Below, in pieces: positions 49,141 to 62,249 of a stretch of 64,000 bases of DNA; the first letter of the stretch is position 1, and each line of letters opens with the position of its first letter. The stretch lies in assembly GCA_036172245.1 (NCBI GenBank), contig JAYWIR010000030.1, forward strand, positions 744,001 through 808,000. The letters run 5' to 3'. Under the pieces are notes generated by a model. That model was given only the letters and a program-made list of their open reading frames with translations. It had not been told where the DNA came from and made no database searches. The DNA comes from Raillietiella orientalis (Eukaryota). A program made the translations under genes and the position numbers.

Positions 49141-51867
49141 AACAGCTCGTACGGCGACGTTTGCTCCCAACATCTGCGCCAACACAAACCCACTGCTTAA
49201 GAGTGTTTTTAGTCGGAAACCCTAAAGATGAGGCGTCAACAATGAGGCGCCTCCATCTTTTGTTCAGGAATGCCAAAAGTTTTCCCGCCTTGGAAATTTT
49301 GCCAGGTATGCAAAGGAGAAATCCCAGAGACTGCAGTGAGAAATCAGTTTCGAAAGTGTTGTACAGATGGTGAAAGAGGGCGTTTTGACGTGTTTAAAGG
49401 TGAAGCGACAGCGATTCACTTGCCAAGGCAAAGACAGATGAAATTTTTAATGGATTCTGGATCTCTTCTATGCTGTATTTTTCTGGAAAAGAAACTTCTT
49501 CCTAGTGATGTCGATTTCCAATAGGACAAAAGTGCATCCAGTTATTTTTGAAAATTGAAAATGTCAAAAGTTGCGCCAACGCAAGTAGAAATTACGAACG
49601 TGGGGAACTAAAAAAGGAGGGAGGGAAGGGGACTGACTGACTGAAGAAAAAAGAGGTATGTGCGCGACAGGTGAGAAGGCAGAATGTGTGGAGTTTTTTT
49701 TTTTTTTTTTTCATACCTGAGTGGTAGTCACGCAAGGGTTGTTAATAAGCATTGTGTAAGAAAAGTTATAAAATGATTGTAAACCAATGTCACCGATTAC
49801 ACACCCGGGAGCAACTGACGAGTGGATCACTTTCGGTCCAAGAATCTTTAAATGGGCAATGCAGGCATGCTTATCTTTCACTGTTTTATTTAATTTGCGA
49901 TTGCAAACCCTCTAGAGGAATAATCGTTTGCCGAAGCGGCAGAGGCGCCGGGAAAGTGATTATAGGGAAATAATGCCGAATCCTTTCTAATTACAATTCT
50001 GTGCTGATGGTGCGCGAATGTGCATAGCAACGAGCTCGGAAAGAAAAAAATATATATATGTTTGGTGGGAAGTGACCTAGATTTCTTGTTCAGGAGTATG
50101 TACCAAACACTTCAAACTCTGGAATCATTTCCGAAGTCTTCGTGCGTTGCTAGGAACCTGAGAGAGATCGGTTTGAGAAGAAAACAAAGAAAGGGTAGTT
50201 CCCCACTCCTCCTCAAACTCTCCCGCAGCGGATCTCGCTTCTTTAGGATTTGTCTGGATTTTAGGAGGCATTTTGTGGCACACACATCGCTCGGATATCC
50301 TTTGCCACCCGTTTCTGGTTTAGGAGTATCTTGAGAAGATCGTCGAATTTAAAGCAGTGGACTCCACGGACCATTGCTTCAATAAGACTTTGAAAAAGTG
50401 GCTGTGTTAAGCACGATAGAGTTATTTTCCTAAGTGAATTCCGGCAGTGCATGTGTAGTAACTTTGTAATGGATAACTTTGTAAAGCCTCCCTCCGATCA
50501 TCCTGCTACAATCGTTAACCGTTTAACGTTTTCACGATACCGTTTCCCACTGCCTGAAGCAGCATTGCGCATCCTATGAATTCTTGTTGTCCATCTAAAC
50601 CCTTGTGCTTACAGCTTGCGTGCATTCAGTCTGTTCCAGTTCCCTCTCGTCCGGATATCATGCAAAAACAGCACGGCTTACCGTGCTGTTTTCCGCATGA
50701 TACCGCAGAGGTCATTCTGCATTCATTACTATGCGTTCACGTAGGTATCTAATGATGCTTGTGATGTAATTTGTTAATGCTATAGGAGTTACACATGCGC
50801 CTATTAAGGATATTATGAGTATCATAAAAGTCTCTGGGCGAGGGTGTCTTTTAGAGAAAAACGATGAGTTATTTGGAAGAATATGGGTTTGGAGGAGAGT
50901 GAAGGGATACCTTGAAAACTGGGTTCTGAACTTGCTGAGAGACGCTGGTTGCCTTCCTTCTATTTAGAGTCATTCTCGTTTATGCTGAGCGTAGCATGGT
51001 ACTCGTAACATCCTCCTCGCATGGGTGCAGCGCTGCACTGCATGAGGGTATAGCAAGCAGTCCCACTTACAGAAAGATAAGCACGAAACGAGCAGAACGC
51101 GAACCGAGTCGAAGCTTAGGGGGTGAGCAAGAAGGGGGGAGCGACACCTCTTAGGAGTTATAGGATCTTCTAGGTACAGTACAGTTCATATAAAAGAAAA
51201 ACAGTACTTTTTCTAGAAGACAGCCAGCCATTCTTGTATGCAAAAGAACTTCCTTTCCTCACGGGCTCTCCGCAAATTTTCGAGAGTTTCTGATTCTAAT
51301 TTCTGTATCTTCTTCTCTCCCTGACCCATTCCAGTACACCTTGGAGACGCTGCACTGTGACTCTCTTTGAAAAACTGATCCTTTGTACCAGACTATGAGA
51401 TGTGCAAATTCTCGATTTTGTTTTCTTTCTTTCTTCTCTTCCTTGCAGCCGGAAGGTCACTAGAAAACAAGGTAGGCTCCCTGGGAAAGAATCACTAAGC
51501 TGGCGCGGCACAGTCTAGCGGTTTTCCTTGTCGCCTTCCCGGCAACGCTCGGGAATGTCATCAGACAGAAACGTGGAATATCGTCTTACTGTTGTCGTCA
51601 ACCGTCGTCTCGCGCTGAGTGGAGCCTCCTTCAAGCTGACACACCTCCATGCTCTACGCTTCCTGGATGATCAATGATCCTCGAGGGGCGCAAAGTATCT
51701 AATTCTCTCATCATTCATCTGTGATGCCCTTCCTTAGAAGGAAGTGATTCCCTGGATCCTATTTAAAAGAATCCAAATCACAAATAAGGGTGCGAGGGAG
51801 GTAATTCTCGTAGCTTTCTCCATTTCCTCAACCTATCCAACTTTGTCGTTAGCGAAGGGATGATCAA

Positions 51868-52546
51868 GAGTGAGATACTGGTTGAAATCATGTCTCTGGT
51901 TGAAATCAGGGCGTTGCCACACGGGTTCGCCGCCGAGGTTCGAACCCTCAACCTCATATTCCACCTGCTGCAGGCTTTGCTGCCTGCCTGTTGCAGCAGG
52001 CCTCCTTGTTTACAGTTTCGGCCTCGTCACCAGCCTCTGGAGGCCTGCTCCCAGCAGCTCCGAGCCCTCGAGGTCCGCGCTCGGTCGTCCAAAGCTCCCA
52101 GAACGTACACGGGCGCCGCCAAATCGCATCCCGTGCATGCCGCGGCTGCGTTGGTCTTCGGGCCGCGCCATCAGCATGCCGAGCTGGTCCGCGTACGTTC
52201 TGGGAGTTTCCAGCTCTTGCCACATCGCCGTTCCCGAGGAACAAGCGAAGCGAACGAGGACCGCGCGAAGTGGGACGCCTGGATTTCCCGCGGTTGCGAA
52301 GTGGGGAGGAAGGGGGAAAGGGAGGAACAAGTAGCGGGCCCCCACCTCTCTGCGTGCCGTTCTCTCCTTCCTTTCTTTCGCGCTCCTTCTCGAGCCTGCC
52401 GCCGTGTTTTGGGATGCGTCGAGTGGAATGACGCGAATTCGCTTATTCCCTGGAAGGGGTCAGATGGTAACGCCGGACGCGCCTTGGCCGCAGGTCGGGA
52501 TCTCCGAGTTTTTCCGTGTTGCCTTCCTGAGACGGTCCATGAAGGC
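51868..52546 (-). repeat. Inverted copy of 36193-36859
   Basis: Reverse-complement match; a 13-bp local duplication ctggttgaaatca lies at its left end. Confidence 0.95.
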
Positions 52547-54185
52547 ATCTTACCTCCTGGCGTACGATAAATCTCAAGGCTTCTTGCAGACTGTTAGAAG
52601 CAGAGTCTGCTGCATCCTAGCGCTCAGTCAGTTACACTCCAGAGATGGAGAACGTTGGTCAAGGATCTCATGCTGTTCGTAGCATAGGCCTGCTGACAAC
52701 CAAGGAGCGTTGACCCAGGACCCCTCAAGATGCTTCAACGAGGATTCAGTTGCGTCCAGCGCCACCGACGAGTGGCTTTCTCTCGATTCGACCTCCATCT
52801 CTTGTAGGACGAAACTTTTTCGTCTGCGTTTCTCTCTTCGCTGTTCCAGCAGACAGCATCAGCTTTTTTGCCCTCTACAGTAGCTTTGAGGTCACTCGCA
52901 ACCTCCCTGAAAAAATTTCATCTCCCCCCATAGAAATCTCTTTGCGAGTCCGTATCCAGTGGCTCCGATGCATTGCCGTTATCTCCGCACCAGGAACGAC
53001 CGAAAAATGTCTCCCTCTTCGGTGCCGGCTGGGACTAACTCAGACATGGCGCCGATTAAATTGTAGGCATCGGGTCGGCACACAGGGAGTAGAGAGAAGA
53101 AGGGGAAGAAGACGGCAGGAGTGCAGAGGAAGGTGGGGAATACGAAGAGGCGGCTTGAGACCACCGCGTGAGCCCAGCATCTCGAGTACACGAGGCGTCT
53201 CTAGCGGAACCGGATGAAGGATGCAGAAGGCAGGAGCAGCCTCCCTGAATGGCTGAGGAGGGGGAACATAGGGTATCGAGTGGACCGAACGCGCATTTTC
53301 TTCCGGGTCTCTTCCACAGATCATCTTGGAAAACACGAGCGGCAGATGAAACGATGGCAAGAACGAGCTCTGGCAAGAGCGCATGTTCGCAGCAAGGAAT
53401 CGTCGTGGTCAGTGCTTCCATTCGCTTCCTTTTCCAAGCATGAGAAGGACAGCGAACAGTCTGGAATGCTCGGGAAGCTCTATGCGATCCACGGCACCAG
53501 ATTCGTCACCGACTCATCTGAGATCGAAAAGGTCCGAGACTGATGGTGGGAGGAAAGAGCTGGGGAAGGAGGAGTGGGGAGAGATGAAAGGAATTGTTTT
53601 TTTTCTTTTCTCTACTCCACCTCACTCTTCGGTCTCAGGGAGAATGCCTTCGCGCGAGAGACCAGCCGCGGGTCTTCGAGAGCAACCTCCGTCTCGTTGG
53701 CACGAGATGATCTGCTGTGACATAGTGTTTTCTGGGACTAGGGAACGCTTGGGAAGGAGAGGGCTGTGTGTGGCAGAGTGGCGACTCGTAACGGGGCTTA
53801 AAGAGGTGCCGCAGGAGGTGAGTTCCAGGTGAAGGAGGGCGAAGAGGAGGAAAGAAAGGAGCAGCGCACTGTCTTAGGTCATGTCAGTGGAAGATGGATC
53901 AGAAAAGGTAAGGGTTGGAGACAGTTGGTTAGGTGGGGTGGATGGATTCCGTTCGTTCAAAAGTTGGCTTGCATCTGGGTCGGCATTACCGAAATCAGGT
54001 TGAGCGAGGTGAAGCGGGTTTGCTCCTATATTCTTTAAGTTTCCTGCAATTGCTGCTGCAGCTGCGGCTGCTGAGCACGCGCGCAGCAATCACGGGAAAC
54101 TTGAAAACCCCTTTCAAGATGTTTGCCTCAGACGAAGAAGGGACATCCTGCAGAGGTCTCCGATCTTTGTGGGTGTATGAAACAC

Positions 54186-54355
54186 ATCTTCCACTGTTTT
54201 GGTAAAATCCGTTCTTATCGGCTTAATATCTGATACGCCATCAATCTGGTGACCAGTATGTTAGACTACTTTTTGGAAGTGGACGGGATTCTCGTCGCTT
54301 GCTTCTGCCCTGCAGCGGGTTGACCCGGTAACCCGGCACCTCCGTGGTCGACCCC
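54186..54355 (+). pseudogene. U2 snRNA-derived sequence lacking the branch-point pairing region
   Basis: atccgttcttatcggcttaatatctgatacg matches U2 atctgttcttatcagtttaatatctgatacg (stem IIa). It is followed by a stem IIb, an Sm-like site actttttgg and a terminal stem gggttgacc/ggtcgaccc. Confidence 0.85.
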
Positions 54356-56339
54356 TTGCTCCCCTTCACGGGAGGGATGCCACGCAAATGATAAGGTTCA
54401 CCCCTCGTTCTCTCCCTGAAGACGAAGACAGTCCTTGGAGTGCTCTTGGAGCTACAGAGGCAGCAGCAAGGGAGAGCAATCGACATCGACACGCTCTCTA
54501 GGAGGAGGGTTCCTGAAACCTACCTCCACACTGCCTATTTGCTAGCGTTGGTCCCGCGGCCGCTTCTTGCGTGCCTTCTCACGAAGAAAGCGCTCTTCAA
54601 AGACCTCCAGGACGCGACCCCGGCAGGAAGGAGGTTCTCAAACTACGTCATTCTCCCCTGAGGAAGCGACTGTCGGCCTGCCACCAATGAGGCACCGAAA
54701 CTCTTGGCACCTCTTCCTCCCGCCGTAGAAGAAGGGGAGGGGGGAAGAAATATACTTAGGAACTCTCTCCTAAGTGTGTTCCTGTGGGTGCCTCCGCTGC
54801 ACTCTTTGTCTTCCAGAGGACGTTGTCCCCTTCTCTTACTGGGTTACAACTCAACAAAACCTTCGCGTTGCTCTCTCCTTCCCTTCCTCCCACCCGAAGA
54901 CACAGTCCCGCGCTCTTCCCGCCCACCCGCAACGTCTTGGATTTTTCCGTTGCTGCGCCTTCCTTGAGAGGTTGAAGGGAACTCGACCGACCGAATGCAC
55001 AGTGAAGTCCTCTCTCACGTGCGATCGTGGGTGCGCGGGCGCAGAGTTGCCAGGTACTCCACCTAGGCGGAGCGGCAACGCAGGGAACTTTTTCCTTCCC
55101 CTCTTCCTCCTCTCCAGGGGAAGGTTTGCACCGTTTTGATTCCCCTTTTTCCCCTCCCATTCCTTCTTCCCTTTCTCTCCTTCCCCCAAGCGCTCTCAGA
55201 TTTCCAAGATCTGCGTCCGGAAGCCGCTGCCCGTGGGACCGGCCTGAATAGGACACGCAGGGGCAGGTCTTTCAACCCAGAGGAAGGACTCGGGAGCGCG
55301 AGATGGATAGGCCCCATTAGCGAAATTGGGGAGAGGGGTGAGGATCCTGGTCCGCAAGGACGCCGGGACAGGGAAGGAAGAGGGAAAAGGGAGTAAGGAA
55401 GAAGGGAGGGAGGAAACGCATCATCATCCATCCCAGTCATGCGTTCCTCGAGCCGTCGCCCCTGACGACCGCGTGGGCCCGCCGGAAGCATCCGCGCTTT
55501 GCTCTACTCCTCTCGATCGTTGGAGCCTCGGCATTTGAGTGCGTGCGAGCTCTGGGTCGCTGCGCAGCAGCACACGCTCGACAGCGCTGGCATCCCTGCT
55601 TCTCTCTTCACCACCTCCAGCCCCTTTCCATTCTTCCCTTTCTCCAGAAAGAAGTGCGGTCCCGCGGAGGGCTCTCCGCTCGCTCGTGATGGTGCGGAGC
55701 TCGAGCGCAGCGTCCAATCTCCTTCCTCAGAGAAGCAGTACGGCCGTCGTCCGCGATCTTGGCGTTTATCAGAGTGCTCTGAGGGGCTTGGCTGAAGATG
55801 GAATGGAGTAACCTGCCCTCCCACGCATCCGAGATCCCAAGCTGGGAATGTGCGTTCTTACTTTTCCCATCTTTCTCTTCTTCTTCTCTACCCTCGATAA
55901 CTCGCTTCCACGCCGCCATCCTGTTCAGCCTCCTCTGTCTCCGTGAGTCACTCCTCGCTCTCAGGTTCTCAGCGAAGAAATAGAGTCGCACCAGAGACAC
56001 TCTGCCAGAAGGAGCAACAGGGATTCGTTCGCCCGCGTCACGACGGAGGCCGTCCGTCCAGCACCGAGCCACGCACGCCGGCGATATCCCCACTGGCGGT
56101 CGCGCGGCAGCGACCTACCGTGCAGCTGTACTGAGGGTCGATCTTGGAGAAACAAGCAGGCACGCCTGCTCTTGAATCGAGATCCCGTGCTAAGTCGCGT
56201 CGTCGCCGTGGAGACCAATGCAAGCTTTTGCGCCCGTATACCGCCACCAAAACTGCCCACCTTCACCGACCCGTGAGAGCTTTGTCACGTGGTAGCAAGA
56301 GAAGATGTCGAAGGGGCAAGAAAGATAGAAACTAGGTTC

Positions 56340-56520
56340 TCTTTCTCAGAAAAACGTTCCCTTGGGAGCGTCGCATTCGAGGACTTGCAACCAACCCTTG
56401 GAGCCCACAGTCTGTTCCGCGCGATCAGCATCCCACAAAACTTGGGCCCATTTCCATCACTCCAGGAAACACAGGTGGGATAGTCTGGGAAATTTGAACT
56501 GACCCTGCCTGGAAAATTGC
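56340..56520 (-). mobile_element. Degenerate LTR-retrotransposon integrase remnant
   Basis: YPTCVSWSDGNGPKF resembles PxxIVSDNGPQF. Confidence 0.35.
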
Positions 56521-58089
56521 GTTCTTTTCCGAAACAGCACCACGCAGAGCACATACGTATCGAGGCGGAGGGACGCCTCCTTGAGGCGGCGGCTGTCGAT
56601 TCTACCCCACCAACGGAGGTCTGAGAGTATCCATGCACGGATTGTTTCGAGGCTCACTTTCGGTGTGCATTCGTGTCTGAAGAAACGAAGAATGGCGACA
56701 CACACCTGGCAACGACGACCGGACGCGGCTCAGCCGGATGGGGGGACACCGCCCTCATGAAGCTGAGCTGCGTCCCGCTTTCCAGCAGGTCACACGAAAG
56801 AACGGCGCTCCATCGCGCGGTCTGCATGGGGCGGATCTGTGCACGAGTGCGCGCATGTCCGTCGGGTGGGGGGGGGTACGGGGTCACGAAATCTTCGGCG
56901 GCTCTCTTGCCACCTTTAGCCGCTCCCCACCTCCGTAGTTCTAGGGATGGAGGCATTCAGCCCTCCTGTTTTCCTCCTCACCTTCTCCACGAGCTGAAGT
57001 TCGTTCCGAGAGAACTGCCCACCCATTCCATTGTTGAATCTACCCATGGTCACCATGTCCTATCCGGGGGGTGGCAAAGAGGAGCAGTCCTGCGATTCCC
57101 CGGGCCCCACAAAAAGCTCATGGCTCACTGCATGAGAAGGGAGAGTGCGGAACAGGAAGGTATGCGAGTTGCTCCTCACGCAGGGCATCTTCCCTCACAT
57201 AGGATGAACCGCGAGTCGCGTGTTTCCACGAGCCGACTAAGCCCCGATACCCGTGCTGTCGGGTAGGGGAGCGGGGCGCTCCCGCCTTCGTGCACTCTCC
57301 GTCCTCCGCTGCCTCCGTATACCGGCTGCACTCGTCAGCATCCCTCGAGCACACGTAACTGGGAAGCGCCCACGCACTTGCCTGTACGCGAGTGCGTGCT
57401 CACGTGCACGGCGTGCATTCTCCGGAGTGCCGCGCTTACGCTACGCTTGAGCGTGGTGAACGCACGCATCGTGTGCACTTCACTCGCTCAGAGTTGCCTC
57501 CACAAGCCCATCCGAGGTGTGCCGTCTCCCCGATGAAACGGAAAGGATTCCTCTTCCCTGCTTCGCACCTGCGCTCCCACCGTCAACATCTGACTGCAAT
57601 AGATGCGCACTGCCATGTAGCCAGTGTTGCTGCAGACGCCGCAACCCCGTCCTAGGAGAATTTTGACCGGGGTCTCTTCTGACGCAATAAAATTAGTTGT
57701 GTGGCACCTGAGGCTGCTCGGTACAGATCCAGGGGAATCTCGGTGTTGCTTGCGGAGGATCCACGTGATACTCACTTGCTGAACCTCCTCCGGTTCCCTA
57801 CACACGTGCCGTATCTGTGTACACATGCGTGCATACGTACAAGCCTATAACGTTAAGCATTCATGTACATCTTGTGCGCAGACACCTTTCTGTACACACA
57901 TGTGGTATCAGCTGCGGAATCAATTGGAGACCTCGGTTTCCGGATTTCCTTTCCAAGTCCGTATTTCCTGGTCTTTGCAACGCGTTCTTTCCGTTTTTGT
58001 CGACAACCTCATCATCATTGAAGAAAGAGAGAGGAGAAAAAGAAGAGATTCTGCTCGAAGTCGGTCACTACCTCTCGTCCTACTCTGCC

Positions 58090-58345
58090 AAGAGCCAAAG
58101 GTTTCCTTACGAAGCGTTTTAATTGGGAAACCGCACGTTCAGCAAGTGCATTCGGTTGTAGGTGTTCAGTCATGAATCGCTCGGTCATTCGTAATGCGTT
58201 TCGAGTAATAAAAAGGTCAAATGCTCGCGCGGTGAAATCAAGGAGAACGGACAAGAGCGAATACGCTTCACCTAGTGGATGCATGTAGTTTATACCTTTT
58301 GTGGATGATCGCTGATCGGTTCGGAAGAATTTGCTCGGACAGCAT
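58090..58345 (-). mobile_element. Degenerate LTR-retrotransposon integrase remnant
   Basis: FRTDQ ... HLQPNALAERAVSQLKRFVRK resembles TDQG ... HPQSNGLAERxVxTLKxxLRK. Confidence 0.5.
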
Positions 58346-60499
58346 GATGATCGCATAAAAAAAGAAAAGAAAAAAAAAATTCTGATCAGCTATGATGTAT
58401 GAGTTGTCAACGAAAAACCGCACATCTCCCTATATGCAATTATGCGTGAGCATGCATGCACGAAGACACCGAGCACATGTTTGCACATGCTTGGAATCTG
58501 CGAGTCCATCGTCAGGTCGGGACGAGCCGCGTGTGCACCATCACCCGCTCTAGACAAGCGACAAGCGCATCGAAGTACACCCCTGGAAGTACACCAGCAC
58601 ATGGGCTGGACAGGACACGCCCGATGTGCGTACACCCGCGGAACTGCCTACGTGAATTCAGCCGCGCCCTGCCCACTGTACCTGAATTCCTGCACGGGAC
58701 CAGTGCGGTGCAAACAATCACACACGTCTCGGAGTGAGCAGCAGCATCATTCGTGACCTCTCATCTGAAGGGTGAAAAGGGTGACGTCGGGAGGAGAGAA
58801 ACCTGACCTCGCCCTGCTGCCCGAGGAATTCTTCTAGAAAACTAGAAAGGGCATCCGGGCCTTCTTCTCTGCTTCCCTCTTCCCACTTCAACCGAGCAGC
58901 ACAGGGATGCACACGCGCCCAGGGAACCACCCCCCATCTTGCTATCCATCCATTCCAACGGCTTGGAAATCTAGGCTGGGCGGCCTGCCTTGCTTTCGGT
59001 GAATATGGACGGAATGGAGACCTCAGGCACGCAGCAGGAACGAGGAGACCACGTTCGATGGAGGGATTGGACCGCTCCATTTCTCGCCGGAGACCGACTC
59101 GAGTTTGTGCAGGGACACGTTGCACGCATGCAGTCTCCATCTTCTGCAGCACGCGACCCCCAGGAATCCACTGAAGTCTCTGCGACAGTACCCCAGATGG
59201 TCTGGTTGCGAGGCGAGGGACGCTTCGATCTTAGCTTTTCCTCTTCCACCTCCTGCCCTCGCTCTGCGGGGCGCTACCCCGGAAGCCTTCCCGGATGGCA
59301 ATACCCAGGGTGGAAAATGAAGCGAGAAGCCTAAGAAGGTCACGTGTTGCTCTCCGGTTTACGGAGCACTGCACTCCAACTTCCGATCCGGGGATGAGGC
59401 GGCGTTTGACCAGCCAAATGGAGTCGCGCTGCCATGGAGACGAAGAATGGCAGAGATGCGCAGAGAACGCGCAGCTCGGTGTGCCGTTTGCGTGTATCCG
59501 CTGACCCGATACTCAGACGAGAACAGCGGATCGGTCAGTGATTTTAGCGGAAGATCATGGCTACTGACTTCATAAAGCGATCCCCACTATTTTGTTTCCC
59601 TGCCGGAGGTTCGCTGACGGATGCTCATCCTGTTGACTCGCACCATCCTCTTCTTCATGTCTTCTGCTTGCGAGCGTACAAGGGACCCCAAGCTTCAGGA
59701 ACAGCATCATCTTCGCGTACCAAGCTCCCAGGGAGCCCGTCGCTAATGTTCTCACCGAAACCGGTACTCCTTCTGGCGGCGAAAGGAGTGCATCCGCTAA
59801 TTGGTGGGTCTCCTCCTTCCGATGCTGTCGCTGAGCTCTCACATGGGCAGGCAGAGTCAGGCGCGACGTTCCGTTTTAGAGCGCCAGGGTCTGGGAGACG
59901 CGCGTCAAGGACACTCGACCATGTCAAGCGTCCCTTCTCGCTCCAGTCCACTGCCTCTCACGCGGGCAGTGGACTGGACCCCCGTCTAGCGGCAGCGCGC
60001 CCGAAGAGGCAGCCGTAGGACCGCTGGTGGTCCCCGGTGCGCAGGAAGTGTCTAGGCGCACCAATGCAAGGCGTGCTCTGGGAAAAGCTCATGCCCTGCG
60101 TTGGTGCACCCTGACATTTCTCGGTGAAGGAGTACCACGCCCCTCCGCTCAGGAGCACCCGTGCGCATGGCAGCGGCAAATCTGCGCCTGTATATGTTTA
60201 GCAAAGGCAGTGTTCCCCGATCGTTACTATGGGTTCGGCATCTTCGAATGCCGAGGTCATCGTGGAGGAGGGACGCCTTCCTAACTCGAGGGCCTCTGAA
60301 ACTGCCCTGCTAACGGGGTCCTGAGAGTGGCGAATGCCGTGGGCTGTCCTCGGCGGTGGCTGCGAACAAGCGCGGCGTGGAGCGTCACACGAGGCGTCGT
60401 CGAGGCTCCAAGCATTGGACGGGCAACCCGAAAGACACGGATCGTTCCGCATGCTGGAGCATGAAAGATCAAACTCCACTTGTTCACCTGCAGAAGGTT

Positions 60500-60700
60500 T
60501 GCCTAGGGAGAGGAGGTTACCCTCGTTCTTTCCTTCTCCCTTCCTCTTCCCGGACCGGAGAGTGGTCGAGCTGGACATGGGATCACCATCCGAAACCGGA
60601 ATCCCGACCTCCTCCGCGGACTCTTCCGAGGAGAAGCCATGGTTCCCGTGTACAACTCCATGTCGAGGACGCAGCTTCTCAATGATGAGTAAGTCAGCGC
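60500..60700 (-). mobile_element. Possible integrase remnant
   Basis: VHGNHGFSSEESAEEVGI...P.S...GKRKGEGKN weakly resembles DNGxxFxSxEF...GI...PxSNGxxERxN. Confidence 0.3.
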
Positions 60701-62249
60701 ACACAGAGATACGAACAGGCCTTGTTCATTGTTCAAACGAGAGACAGTTGTGAGAGGCTGCAGTAGAGCGCCCGTCTGGACCATCTCCCACACTCTGAAG
60801 AGGAGCCAGGAAGCTCTAAGCAGCAGGACCACGAAGACACAGCGGGATGCAGTGAACGAGGATCCACCTTTCCTTCCCCCTCCCCTCCCCGCCTCTTTTT
60901 CACCCCGTGCTTGACGGCAAAACCGGAACCCGGATCCGAAGGGAGGGGCTTCCAGGCAGCAATGTCCACTGCTCTATCGCTCTATCATCTTCCATCGCTA
61001 CGAGTTTGTGTTTGATCGGCTCGCGAGATTGGAACTTCCTCCCTCCCACCGCGAGTCGGACTGGGGGATCCGAACGTTTTAGAGCGCTCGCATCCGCCCC
61101 CGGATGCTCGGCGACCTACATGCGCCCGGGTGTCGCGTGGTCGTCCTTCCGGATTTTACAGCGCACCGTAACGCCGGGGTCCGAGTCGGAAGCGTCGGAC
61201 CGACTCTGTCCGCTGTCCGCTGTCGCCGCTGCGGGGAGCAGTGCCGGACGACGGCCGCAGCTTGGTCCGGAGGCGTTGGCATCCTCCGCGGCGGAACCTT
61301 CGGTCGCGTCCGACGAACCTAGCGGACTCGAGGCATCCCGGCGGGCGGAAGGCGCGGAAACGACCCGCCCTGCTTGGATCCTCGCCCGGGTGCCCCGGGG
61401 CGTTCAATTGAATGAAAATAGGCATTCGTGGAAATTTCTTTTTGCTATGTCAGGACGGGCGTCTCTTGGCTGTTGAGTGTTCATTCCTGTAGGGGACAAC
61501 GACCGTTCCCCGCTCGCGTCGGCCTGTCGTCCGGGCCGCGGGGAAGGGCGCCCCCCGGCTACCGGATGACTCACACCCGTTTCCTGAGTCCGTAGGACGA
61601 CCCTGCCCGCCCGCGAGGGCAGACACCAGCGACGCGAGAAGAGGAGGAACGGGGACCTGCTGCGTTGCTGAACCCGACGAGGACACGTCAGCAAGTATCG
61701 GTCGAGAATGTGGGGAGGGGGTGGGGAGCGTTTTCAGGAGTGGCAACAGGGAAGCCAAGGTCGACGAAAGGCAAGGTCAGCTGCAGCGCAAGAACGGACG
61801 GATGGTCTGCAGGCCCACCCACCCCACACACACACACGCACACACACACAAATACGTGGCGACTGTTCAAGATGCGAGGGAGCGCCGCAGGCCACCCATC
61901 AACCTGAAGATGAGCCGAATACATGATGATCAGGAAGCCACGGGAGATGAGCTGACCAAGCAATGATCAAACATCGACATGGAGGTCGGCCGACGTCTCG
62001 GAGATGAGCCAACGACACAGAGACCAGTCGACGCCACGACAATCAAGATGGGCCGAGGACCTGAACCTGACCCAGCGTCACGACGATCGTCCGTCGGTAC
62101 GGTGATGAGCTGGTGACACGATGATCGGCCAACGATCGGGCGCAGAGCCGAAGACCCGAAAACGAGGCGATGACGTGAAGATCAGCCGACTCCGCCATAA
62201 TGGGCCAGCGACACGGTCTTTAACCGACGTCCAGCCTGACCAATACAAC

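Noticed and set aside
61905..62130. CRISPR-like array
   Set aside because: The repeats are only about 8 bp and irregular, the DNA is eukaryotic, and there are no cas genes.
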